From positions 2,730,001 to 2,794,000 of the forward strand of contig CM075990.1 of NCBI GenBank assembly GCA_038087875.1: 64,000 bases of DNA. Reading direction: 5' to 3'. The DNA comes from Malacoraja senta (taxonomy: Eukaryota). Made by a program: the position numbers and the translations under genes. Positions 12,860-23,340 of the stretch are shown here, piece by piece (positions within the stretch are counted from its first letter, which is position 1; each line of letters opens with the position of its first letter). The notes under the pieces were generated by a model. The model had not been told where the DNA came from. It was given only the letters and a program-made list of their open reading frames with translations, and searched no databases.

Positions 12860-13895
12860 CAGATGGCGGACTCTGGAGAAAGCCTTGTCAACATTGAGCC
12901 CGAGGAAGAGTACATGCTACGGGAGATGGCAAGGGATGGGCCGTCAGAGAGTGAGGAGAGCCGTTACTGAGCGAGGAGGGCCCTCGGAGATCGAGGAGGG
13001 CCGTTGGAGAACGTTGGAGAGTGTAGGGACCGTCGGAGAACAGGGAGGGCTGTCGGTGAGAGTGGGGCAGGGGGGGCGTCGGAGAGAGAGAAGGGTCGCC
13101 GAAAGCTACCCAGCGATGGGAGCCGCCGAGAACTATGGGGTACCTAGCAGGGGGGTGCAGGGCACCGGGAACAGGAGGGGACTCGGCTGAAGGGGGGGGG
13201 GGGCTGCTGTGGTGGGCAGTAGATAGGACTATTCGGTGAACGTTTGTAACTCTGTCAGCGCCTATACGTGACAACTCATGTGTACTGCCTAGGTGAGGCC
13301 TGCAGCATGATTTCACCGGTTTGTATCCAAAACGAAGCATTTCACTGTACCTAGGTACATAGTGTTGCCAACTTTCTCACTCCCAGATAAGGGACAAAAG
13401 GTCAAAATAAAAGGGACAAATTCCCGTCGGCAATTCGTTGACCGACTCGGCCATGGCTGGGTGAATGATGAGTTGGCCCGGGTGCTGGACTGCACACGAA
13501 GCCCAGCCGGCGGGCCAGCTGAGGAGTTTTGGCCCGGGCCGCGCGACGTTGCGCGCAAAGTCCGGGCACCCCGCCCAACTCATGAACCGATGATCGGCCA
13601 TGAGAAGGAGGGGTGGTGGTGTCGGCGGTAAGTGAAGGTCCGAAGGTCGGACAGCTGGCCGGGCTGCCGACCGACGGGGCCACGGGTGAGGTGCTGCTGC
13701 TGCACTCCCTGGGCTGCACTACGTCGGGACGGGTGAGGCGGGGCCGGACGCGGCGCTTCGACCCGACAGTCCCCTCGACCCGAGCCAAATACGAGACAAG
13801 GGCAGTCCCTTATGGGACAAACCAATTTAGCCCGATATACGGGATGTCCCGGCTAATACGGAACAGTTGGCCACCCTATAGGTACATGTGACAGC
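12860..13895 (+). mobile_element. GC-rich dispersed repeat with a poly-G tract and Rex1-type 3' tail (hosts the hAT insertion)
   Basis: Shares AGTAGATAGGACTATTCGGTGAAC...GTGTACTGCC...AGGTGAGG...AAAAC.AAGCATT...CTGTACC..GGTACATG with 32270-33050. Confidence 0.6.
13360..13878. mobile_element. Non-autonomous hAT (Blackjack-like termini) DNA transposon
   Basis: TIRs TAGTGTTGCCAAC / GTTGGCCACCCTA, 8-bp TSD TAGGTACA at 13352-13359 and 13879-13886, and subterminal GGGACA repeats. Confidence 0.88.
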
Positions 13896-14473
13896 AGAGT
13901 ATCATTGAGCATTGAATTATTGAATCGGTGAGCAAGGGAGCAGATTTGAATGGAGGAAAAAGTTCATAAAATCTCATTTCAGATATCTTAAAACAAAGAT
14001 AAAAGTTTACATTCTGGAGGTACTCAACAAATGTTCTCAATGTAAATGTTCTAAAATGTTCTTGCTGCAAGATATCTGTGTCACTCTAAATGTTCTCAGC
14101 AATGTCTCTCAGCCCCACCTCTCCACATAATCGCCTACTTATGGAATGTTTTATGCATTGAGTTGTAAAGGTTTAGAATCCTCTACTCTGGAGGGCTTCG
14201 AATGCTCAGTTAATCAGTGCTTTCGAGACGCAGAACTTCGGATTTTTGGTTCGCAACGGAGTCGAGGGATATTGGGGGCATCAGGCAGGAATGTTGTCTT
14301 AATGCATAGGGTCAAACATGATACGATGGAATGGAAGTGCAGGCTCAGGGGGACAACTCCTGCTTGTGTTCCTTACGTTTTAATCTTCCTATTTATTAAC
14401 TCTCATTGTAAAATCTTTCATTTTCAGTACAACTCTGACACCATCAAACCTCTCACCGTATTTTTGGAGAGAA

Positions 14474-15031
14474 GGGCACGGTGGCGCAGCGGTAGAGTTG
14501 CTGCCTCACAGCGCCAGAGACCCGGGTTCGATTCTGACTAGGGGTGCTGTCTGTACAGAGTTTGTGCGTTCTCCCCGTGACCTGCGTGGGATTTCTCCGG
14601 GATCTCCGGTTTCCTCCCACACTCCAAAGACGTGCAGGTTTGTAGGTTAATTGGCTTTGGTAAAAAAAGATTGCAAATTGTCCCTTGTGTGTAGGATAGT
14701 GCTAGTGTACAGGGATTGCTGTGGGTCGGCGAGAATTCGGTGGGCCGAAGGGCCTGTTTCCACACTGTATTTCTAAACAAAACCTTCGGCCCACAGAGTC
14801 CATGCCGACCACGATCCCCGCACATTAGCACTCTCCTACACAGAAGGGACAATTTACAATCTTTACTGAAACCAATGAACCTACTAACCTACACGTCTTT
14901 GGAGTGTCGCAGGAAACCAGAGCACCAGGAGAAAACCCACGCGGTCACAGAGAGAACGTACAAACTCCACATGGACAGCAGTACGGTGGCGCTGTAAGGC
15001 AGCAACTCTACCGCTGCGCCACAGTGCCGCC
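14474..15031. mobile_element. Two SINEs fused tail-to-tail (+ 14474-14780; - 14781-15031)
   Basis: Adjacent family copies in opposite orientations. Confidence 0.88.
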
Positions 15032-15461
15032 CAAAAAGTATTAGTAATGTTGATTTCCTATAAATGATTACCGAAAATCTATTAAAGCCACCCGCAACAA
15101 AAACTCTGACAACAAACACCACTGCAAGCGCATTGCTAATTCCTTTGTATCTACTGTGCAAATAACGATGATTATAAATCCTTTCAGCTGCTCACTAAAC
15201 TTTCCAGAAAGAAAATCAATAGAAAAATGAAATGAAAGAAGGTTAGATAGATAGTGAGATAAAGGAAAAAGAGATAGAAAGTTGGTCAGATAAAGAAAAA
15301 AATATGAAATGTCTTTCATTATATAAATCCCCCCGAAAGTCACAAAATGCTTTCCAGCCAAATAAATTCTTTTGAAGTGTCGTTAGTGTAGAATATCTAC
15401 TGGGGCAACTTATAAAATCATGTCATCGTCATGAACTTTTCTCATTACAAGATCTTTTTAT

Positions 15462-16423
15462 GAGGTCATAAGGTCATAAGTGTTAGGAGTAGATTTAGGC
15501 CATTCGGCCCATCAAGTCTACTCTGCCATTCAATCTTGGCTGATCTATCTCTCCCTCCTGACCCCTTTCTCAAGATTCAAGATTCAAGAGAGTTTATTGT
15601 CATGTGTCCCAGATAGGACAATGAAATTCTTGCTTTGCTTCAGCACAACAGAACATAGTAGGCATGAATACAGAACAGATCAGTGTGTCCATATACCATT
15701 ATATAAATATATACACACATGAATAAATAAAACAGATAAAGTGCAAATAAACAGATAATGGGCTATTAATGTTCAGAGTTTTGTTTGAGTTGAGTTCAAT
15801 AGCCTGATGGCTGTGGGGAAGAAGCTGTTTCTGAACTCTGCTGTTTCTCCAGCCTTCTCCCCATAACCCCGGACACCCGTATTCATCAAGAATCTATCTG
15901 TCTCGGCCTTAAAAATATCCACTGACTTGGTCTCCACAGCCTTCAGTGACAGAGTTCCACAGATTCACCACCCTCTGACTAAAGAAATGTCTTCTCATCT
16001 CCTTCCTAAAGGAACGTTTAGAAGGATGCGGGGGGGTCTTATAGAAACATATAAAATTATAAAAGGACTGGACAGGCTCGATGCAGGAAAAATGTTCCCA
16101 ATGTTGGGCGAGTCCAGAACCAGGGGCCACAGTCTTAGAATAAAGGGGAGGTCATTTAAGACTGAGGTGAGAAAAAACTTTTTCACCCAGAGAATTGTGA
16201 ATTTATGGAATTCCCTGCCACAGAGGGCAGTGGAGGCCAAGTCACTGGATGGATTTAAGAGAGAGTTAGATAGAGCTCTTGGGGCTAGTGGAGTCAAGGG
16301 ATATGGGGAGAATACAGGCACGGGTTATTGATAGGGGACGATCAGCCATGATCACAATGAATGGTGGTGCTGGCTCGAAGGGCCGAATGGCCTCCTCCTG
16401 CACCTATTTTCTATGTTTCTATG
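15462..16423. mobile_element. CR1 cluster: minus copy 15462-16016 (split by a Rex1-type tail at 15570-15838) joined to a plus copy 16017-16423
   Basis: ORF 15927-16331 is a chimeric read-through. CR1 3' UTRs lie at both outer ends. Confidence 0.85.
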
Positions 16424-16924
16424 TAACATCCTTCTAAAGTATATCTTAACGCATTAACTCCCTCATTAATACTCTCAGTTCTCTGTGAATTGTTACCATA
16501 AACTTCATTGCTTCTTCACTGTAAACTAACACAAATTACCTCAATAAACATTTTTCTCATTACAAGCACCATCAGTTAAAATATAGCAAAGCCTCATTGG
16601 GAATACACTCTCATTTCAATTCTCTCCCCATCTCGCCAACTCAAACTAACTATAAATTATCTCACTGAAAATTGACTAAACACACCCTTACTATCAATTC
16701 ATTCACTTTAAATCCTTTGGGTGCAGTTCCTGGTGTGTTATTGGAGTTTTATGTTAGAAATGCAATTAAACAATTAATTCATGATTTTTTTTAAAATTAG
16801 GTTATTTTGCAGATTCACCTGAATCCTACCAGCATTAAAATGGTTTTACTGTGAGGACAGGTTCCAAAAAATGGTTAAACCTTCCATGGTGTGTTTTTCA
16901 TATCAGTTGCTAACCTGTTTATGT

Positions 16925-17210
16925 AGCCCCGGCATTCCCTCTCTAGCTTACCCTCCCCCTCCCAAGCCACACCAGCTTCTCATTTTCACCCAACAAACAG
17001 CTAACAATGGCCTGTTTCCTTTATCATCATTACTTTTTTGCATATCTTTCATTCATTGTTCTTTATCTCTCCACATCACCGTCTATATCCCTCGTTTCCC
17101 TTATCCCTAACCAGTCGGAAGAAGGGTCTCGACCCGAAACGTCAGCCATTTTGCTTCTCTCCAGAGATGCTGCCTGTCCCGCTGAGTTACTCCAGCGTTT
17201 TGTGTCTATC
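16925..17210 (+). mobile_element. PLE 3' UTR/terminal fragment (second subfamily)
   Basis: Homologous to the reverse complement of 28345-28720. Ends GAAGAAGGGTCTCGACCCGAAACGTC...GTTACTCCAGC. Confidence 0.75.
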
Positions 17211-17564
17211 TTTATGTAAACAGTTTACCAGCTATGTTCGAACAGACCACAGAGGAATTGTCCATTGACATGCTGATCAACGTGTTGCCAGAAGAGATTA
17301 CACATTGGGTGGCTTCTTGATGGTTTTTGTTAGGTACAAGCAGGCTGAGTATTACAAGATAGCATGATTTGTGTACATAACGCTAATGTATTTTCCCCAT
17401 ATCCCTTGATTCCATCTTTTCTCTCTTGAAAACATCCAGTGAATTGGCCTCCACTGCCTTCTGTGGCAGAGAATTCCACAGATTCACAACTCTCTGGGTG
17501 AAAATACATGATTTTCATTTGACGGAATGTACATGGTTTACAGAATAATATTTATAGGCTAATA

Positions 17565-17990
17565 GATAGTCAGGGAGTCATACAGGCCCTTCGGCCCAAT
17601 TTGCCCAAACCGACCAACATGTCCCATCTACACTAGTCCCACTAGTCTGCGTTTGGCCCATATCCCTCTAAACCAACCCTGTCCATGCAGCTGTTTCTTA
17701 GATGTTGCGATAGTTCCTGCTTCCACTACCCCCTCCAACAGCTTGTTCCATACACCCACCACCCTTTGTGTTAAAAAGAGTTACCCCTCAGGTTCTCATT
17801 AAATCTTTCCCCCCTCACCTTAAACCTATGTCCTCTGGTTCTCGATTCCCCTACTCTGGGCAAGAGACTCTGTGAATCTACCCGATCTATTCCTCTCATG
17901 ATTTTATACACCTCTATAAGATCACCCCTCATCCTCCAGCACTGCAAGGAATAGAGTCCCGGCCTTCTCAACTTCTCTCTGTAGCTCAGT
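17565..17990 (-). mobile_element. CR1 3' fragment
   Basis: ORF 17771-17971 contains GLYSLQCWRMRGDLIEVYK. Confidence 0.85.
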
Positions 17991-18344
17991 TGCGGATACC
18001 AACAAATCTTAATTGGTTGTAGAATATTGAATGGTGTAGATGTATTAAACGTTGAAAAAACAAATCATTAGGATGGCATTGACAACTGCAACACATTAAG
18101 GGGCTCAGACAATTGATCTAAGTAACAGCAGTTGCTGATGCAGGTGGTTTTATCTGCTATTTTGGGGATTTGGATACTGCAAAGTTGTGCAGCGGGCTCT
18201 TATCTTTGGGCATCAGTGACATGGTTGGTCTGTTACAATGAAAGTGTCAATGTGCTGGAGTAACGGATCAAGCAGCATCTCTGGAGAACATGGATAGGTG
18301 ACGTTTCGGGTCGGGACCCTTCCCGAAATGTCATCTATCCATGT

Positions 18345-18722
18345 TCTCCCTGGCCACTCCCTCTTTTTCCCTCTCCCATCGGGCAAAAGGTACGGAAGTG
18401 TGAAAACGCACACCTCCAGATTCAGGGACAGTTTCTTCCCAGCTGTTACCAGGCAACTAAACCGTCCTACCACAACTAGAGAGCAGTCCTGGGCTACTAT
18501 CTGCCTCATTGTAGACACTCAGACTTTCTTTGATTGGATTTTACTGGCTTTACTGGCCTTATCTTGATCCAAACATTATTCACGTTATTCCCTTTATCAT
18601 GTATCTGTCCACTGCAAATAACTCGATTGTAATCATGTATTGTCTTTCTGCTGACTGGTTAGCACGCAACAAAACATTTCACTGTGCCTCAGTACACATG
18701 ACAATAAACTAAACTAAACTAA
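18345..18722 (+). mobile_element. Rex1/Babar LINE 3' fragment inserted in a fold-back PLE-terminus element
   Basis: PLPSGKRYGSVKTHTSRFRDSFFPAVTRQLN followed by the 3' UTR and (AAACT)n. Confidence 0.85.
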
Positions 18723-18974
18723 ATTCTCATCCCTGCTGAGTTAATCCAGCACTTTGTGTCTTTTTATTCGTAAACCAGTATCTGCTGTTCCTCATTTCTA
18801 CAATGAAAGTCCAACTGGTCATTGTGAGAGAGAAGCCACATATTGCTGGAGTAACTCAGCGGGCCAGGCAGCATCTTTGGAGAACATGGATAGGTAACGT
18901 TTTGGGTCAAGACCCTTCTACCGACTTCATTTTCAGATACCAGCTCATGGGTTATGAGGTGCATTGAGCAATTT

Positions 18975-19250
18975 TTATTTAGAGAGATTAAGCGCGGAAA
19001 CAGGCCCTTCGGCCCATCGGGTCCGTACCGACCAGTGATCCCCACACTACACACACTAGGGACAATTTTGTACACATACACCAAGCCAATTAACGTCTTT
19101 AGGGTGTGGGAGGATCTTGGAGAGAACCCACGCAGTCACGGGGAGAACGTACAAACTCTGTACAGACAGTACCCATAGTCGGTATCGAACCCGGGTCTGT
19201 GGTGCTGCAAGCGCTGTAAGGCAGCAACTCTACCGCTGCGCCACCGTGGC
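18975..19250 (-). mobile_element. SINE
   Basis: Family match. Confidence 0.85.
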
Positions 19251-19529
19251 CATCCAATGCACAATGATCTCCGTTTTGTATCAAAACATTCAACTACTCC
19301 TTCCTCATTTCATTCCCGCGCAACAAATTAAAAAAAGCATTCCGATAATTCATGTGCAAGATAGCGCACAAGTGGAATGTGAACACAACAGTTGGATTCT
19401 GGAGGAGGCAGACAGTTCATATAAATGCTACAATCACCTCCCCCAGAAGTCCCCACGAAAATAATCAGCTTAGAACTTCAATTTGGCATCTCACCGAAAA
19501 GATGGCACCTCTAGGGGCGTGATTACGGG

Positions 19530-19890
19530 GGGCACAGTGGTGCAGCTGGGAGAGCTGCTTCCACGAGACTCCGGTTCGATCCTGACCTCTGGTGCTGCCC
19601 CTGTGAAGTTTGCACGTTCTCCCTGTGACTGCGTGGGGTGCTCTGGTTTCCTCCCAAAGACGTGCGGGTTTGTAGGTTTATTGGCCCTCTGTAAATCCCC
19701 CCTAATGTGTAGTTTAGATTAGATGAGTACACTTTAGTTTAGTTTACTGCAACGTGCACCGAAGTGCAGTGAAACGCTTAGGGTAGGGAGTGGATGAGAA
19801 AGTGGGATAACATAGAACTAGCGTGAACGGGTGGCATGGGCCTGGTGGGCCGAAGGGCCTGTTTGCATGCTGTATCTCTAAACTAAACTA
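19530..19890 (+). mobile_element. SINE variant
   Basis: Head with B box and the variant 3' segment GAGTGGATGAGAAAGTGGGATAACATAGAACTAG. Confidence 0.8.
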
Positions 19891-20087
19891 TTCTACTCCC
19901 TCTGAAGTGCACTGGTGTACCATTGCAAGTCTCTGGAGTTTAGCTGAGTATAGTTTCGTTGAGAGATACAACGCGGAAACAGGTCCACAAAGTTCGCGCT
20001 GACCAGCGATCCCCGCACACTTACACTAACCTACACACACGAGGGACAAATTACAATTTTACCAAAGCCAATTTACCCTATCAAAGA

Positions 20088-20262
20088 CAGGCACAAAATG
20101 CTAGAGTAACTCAGCGGGACAGGCAGCATCCCTGGACAAAAGGAATGGGCGACATTTCAGGTTGAAACACTTCTTCAGACCTGAAGCTTCTGTTCCGCTG
20201 AGTTACTCCAGCATTTTGAGTGTATATTTGGTGTGAACCAGCATCATCAGTTCCTTCCTACA
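20088..20262. mobile_element. Fold-back PLE-terminus element (internally deleted)
   Basis: Inverted arms GAGTAACTCAGCGG / CCGCTGAGTTACTC around CTTCAGACCTGAAG. Confidence 0.65.
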
Positions 20263-20559
20263 CACCCGACTATGTTGGGCAGAGTTGGCTTGTTTTCTCT
20301 GGAACATCAAAGGTTGATGAAGGGACCTGACAGAGTTAATAAAATTATGAGGCAGAGATGGATGGATGGGCTTTCCGAATGGTTATCCCAGGATGGAAAT
20401 ATCAAAGACTAGAGGGCATAGGTTTAAGGGGAGAGGGGCAAAGTTTAAAGGAGATGAGCGGGGCAAGTCTTTTAACACAGAGGATAGTGAGTGCCTGAAA
20501 GATATTGTCGGGGATGGTGGAGGAGGCAGATACAGTTCCTTCCTACACACCCACACACG

Positions 20560-21190
20560 CAATCAATGCTAGTATTTATTTCAAGAGGGCTTGTATACAG
20601 CCACAGGGATGTAATGCTGAGGCTCTATAAGGCGTTGGTCTGGTGGCATTTGGAATATTGTGAGCAATTCTGAGCACCATATCTGAGGAAGGATGTGCTG
20701 GCTCTGAAGAGGGTCCAGAGGAGGTTTGCAAGAATGATCCCAGGAATGAGGAGGTTAACCTATGATGAGCGTTAGTCGGCACTGCGCCTGTACTCGCTGG
20801 AGTTTAGAAGGATGATGGCGGACCTCATTGAAACATACAGAATAGTGAACGGCTTGGATAGAGTGGATGTGGAGAGGATGATTTTGCACTTGTGGGGGAG
20901 CGTAGGACCAGAGGTCCTAGTCTCAGAATTAAAGGACGTTCTTTTAGGAAGGAGATGAGGAGGATTTCTTTGGTCAGAGGGTGGTGAATCTGTGGAATTC
21001 CTTGCCACAGAAGGCTGTGGAGACCAGTGGATATAATTAAGACAGAGATGGATAGATTCTTGATTAGTACGGGTGTCAGAGGTTACGGGGAGAAGGCAGG
21101 AGAATGGGGTTAGGAGAGAGAGATAGGTCAGCCATGATTGAATGGTGGAGTAGACTTGATGGGCCGAATGGTTTAATTCTGCTCCTTAAT
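20560..21190 (+). mobile_element. CR1 3' fragment ending about 45 bp from the Pax exon donor
   Basis: HLEYCEQF...RTRG...LWNSLP homology plus the 3' UTR GGGCCGAATGG. Confidence 0.9.
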
Positions 21191-21234
21191 ATCACTGATG
21201 AGATTGTGACCTCCTTGTCGATGGGAAGCCTCAC

Positions 21235-21410
21235 CTGTTCTGATTTAATGTGTTCGCCCGAGTTGAAGACGTCTGAGTAGTGCTGGCGTTCGAAGACTCG
21301 TTCCAGGGCCTCCAACTGTTGCTGAGCGAAGGCTTCACTCCGCAGCTGCTTCCTTACGCTCTCTGCCGTTCCCTGAGAGTCCCCGTTTGGACCGGAATTG
21401 TCCTGGGTGT
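21235..21410 (-). CDS. pax5: Internal coding exon of a Pax2/5/8 transcription factor (partial homeodomain exon), most likely Pax5 exon 6
   Basis: Minus strand reads ttcctcttAG|AC ACC CAG...TCA GAA CAG|GTgagg. The exon is 176 nt with a phase-1 start and phase-0 end. It translates to (D)[58 protein letters not shown], matching the Pax2/5/8 partial homeodomain. RKQ and FERQHYSD are Pax5-like; PNGDSQ and EHIKSEQ are Pax2-like. The family call is secure and the paralogue call is less so. Confidence 0.88.
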
Positions 21411-21605
21411 CTAAGAGGAAGAGGACACAAACTGCATTTTATGTTTTACTTTGTCTGAATTATAAAGAGCAGTTTCTTTGCATCTCTCAGTTGCGTTGGG
21501 GCGAGGAGATCAACAAAAAATGAATGCAAAGTGCTGGAGTACCTCCGCGGCTCAGGCAGCATCTCTGTAGGCTGTGGATAGGCGATGCCTTGGGTCAAGA
21601 TCCTC

Positions 21606-21930
21606 AGTTCATATGTTCATAAGGTATTGGAGCAGAATTAGGCCATTCGGCCCATCAAGTCTACTCCACCATTCAGTCATGGCTGATCTGTCTTTCCTTC
21701 TCAACCCCATTCTCCTGCCTTCTCACCATATCCCCTGACACCCGTACTAATCAAGAATCTATCAATCTCTGCCTTAAAAACATCCATTGACTTTGCCTCC
21801 ACTGCCTTCTGTGGCAATGAATTCCACAGATTTAACACCCTCTGACTAAAGAAATGTCTTCTCTCCAAAAGTACATCCTTTAACTCTGAGGCTGCGCCCT
21901 CTGGTCCTAGACTCTCCCACTGGTGGAAAG
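21606..21930 (-). mobile_element. CR1 3' fragment inserted into a fold-back PLE-terminus element (21528-21605 and 21950-22062)
   Basis: ORF 21701-21964 contains FFSQRVLNLWNSLPQKAVEA. Confidence 0.9.
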
Positions 21931-22501
21931 AGTCCCATCCTGAAACGTCATCCTGACACGTCATCTATCCATGTTCTCCAGGGATGCTGCCTGACCTGCT
22001 GAGTTACTCCTGCACTTTGTGTCCCTTTTTGGAAACCAGCATCTGCAGTTCTTAGTTTCTACACATCCCGTCTCTGTAGATCTCTTGAACATTAACCCCA
22101 TGAAGTAGTCCACAATCTCCACATGCTCACTATTCACTGGGGAAGAAAATTCCCCTCTAATTCCTTGTTGGATTTCTTTACAGCTATTTATTATTTATGG
22201 CTCCAAAATATAGCTTCCACCACAAATATAAATATTTTTCCTATGATATTAGTTTTTGATTAGTGTGGGGAGAAGGCAGGAGAATGTGGTTGGGAGGGAG
22301 AGATAAATCAGCCAAGATTGAATGGATTTGATGGGCCGAGTGGCCAAATTTCGCTCCTATCACATGTCCTTATGACCTTATGATATTCTATCAACGGCTT
22401 CCTAATTGTAAATGCTCCTGCAGTTTCTAATGAGTTTTCATTCCCATACTTTCATCATCCTTCTTTCTACCTCTTGGCATTTCTTGCAGTCCTGCACCTT
22501 A

Positions 22502-23141
22502 TGGGCCTGTCCCACTTAGGCGACTTTTTAGGCGACCACTAGTCGCGGCCTCATTATGGTCGCCGCGAATTCTTCAACATGTTGAAACATTAGCGCCGAC
22601 CAGAAAGAAGCCGCCACGGAGAGTAGCGAGAATTCTCGTGCCGTGCGTGCAGTGGTAGTGGGTCGCCAGGAGGTCGTAGGTTGTCGTAAGTTGTCGCCAG
22701 TGCTGACCGGTGAAGTTCATTGGCTCATTGGGAAAAAAAAAAGTAAGCAGTAGTTTTCAGATCCAAGGATAACCGACCGGTAATGTTAATGTCCGCCGAG
22801 CTTCACAGCCGTGTATCTCTGGCTTCTTAAAAGCTGTCTCCATTCCGTCACCCCACCCCGTCACCCGCTTCTCCGCCCCCCCTCCCCTCTCTTCTAAAGT
22901 GACCCTTCCCGTACACTGTGCTTTCACCATCTTAATTACGGTGTCAACCTTCCTGTTCATCGCGGTGTGTGTCTGTATCACATTGGCTTTGCACCGTGTG
23001 AATTTCACTCAGACAGCGCTCTCCCCGCTTGTCCTGGCCCCCGCCTGCATAACGGGCTGGTGAAGGAAGCGATGTGTGTGTGTGTTTCATTCTGACATTC
23101 GCCAGCATTCGCCTGAAAAATCGCTTAAGTGCACAGGCCCA
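22502..23141. mobile_element. PIF/Harbinger-like MITE
   Basis: TIRs TGGGCCTGTCCCACTTAGGCGA / TCGCTTAAGTGCACAGGCCCA with TTA on both sides. Confidence 0.85.
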
Positions 23142-23340
23142 TTAGGCTCCACAATTCCCACCCTCCATCCCTGCCTCACTGTTCCATCACCCTCTTTTAA
23201 GATATCCTTTGTTTTGTGTTGATAACTATCCTCCCATGTGATTGAGTGTGAGAATTTTGTCTGATAAAGTCTTGTGAATGTTTTCGTTTTTTAGTTTTGG
23301 AGACACAGCGCGGAAACAGGCCCTTCGTCCCACTGAGTCA

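Noticed and set aside
14474..14550. tRNA-like sequence with A and B boxes (many copies)
   Set aside because: It is always followed by the SINE core and tail, so it is a SINE head and not a tRNA gene.
21076..21315. 79-aa ORF as a standalone gene
   Set aside because: Only its first part is Pax exon. It starts at an internal TTG and reads through the splice donor into intron and CR1 sequence.
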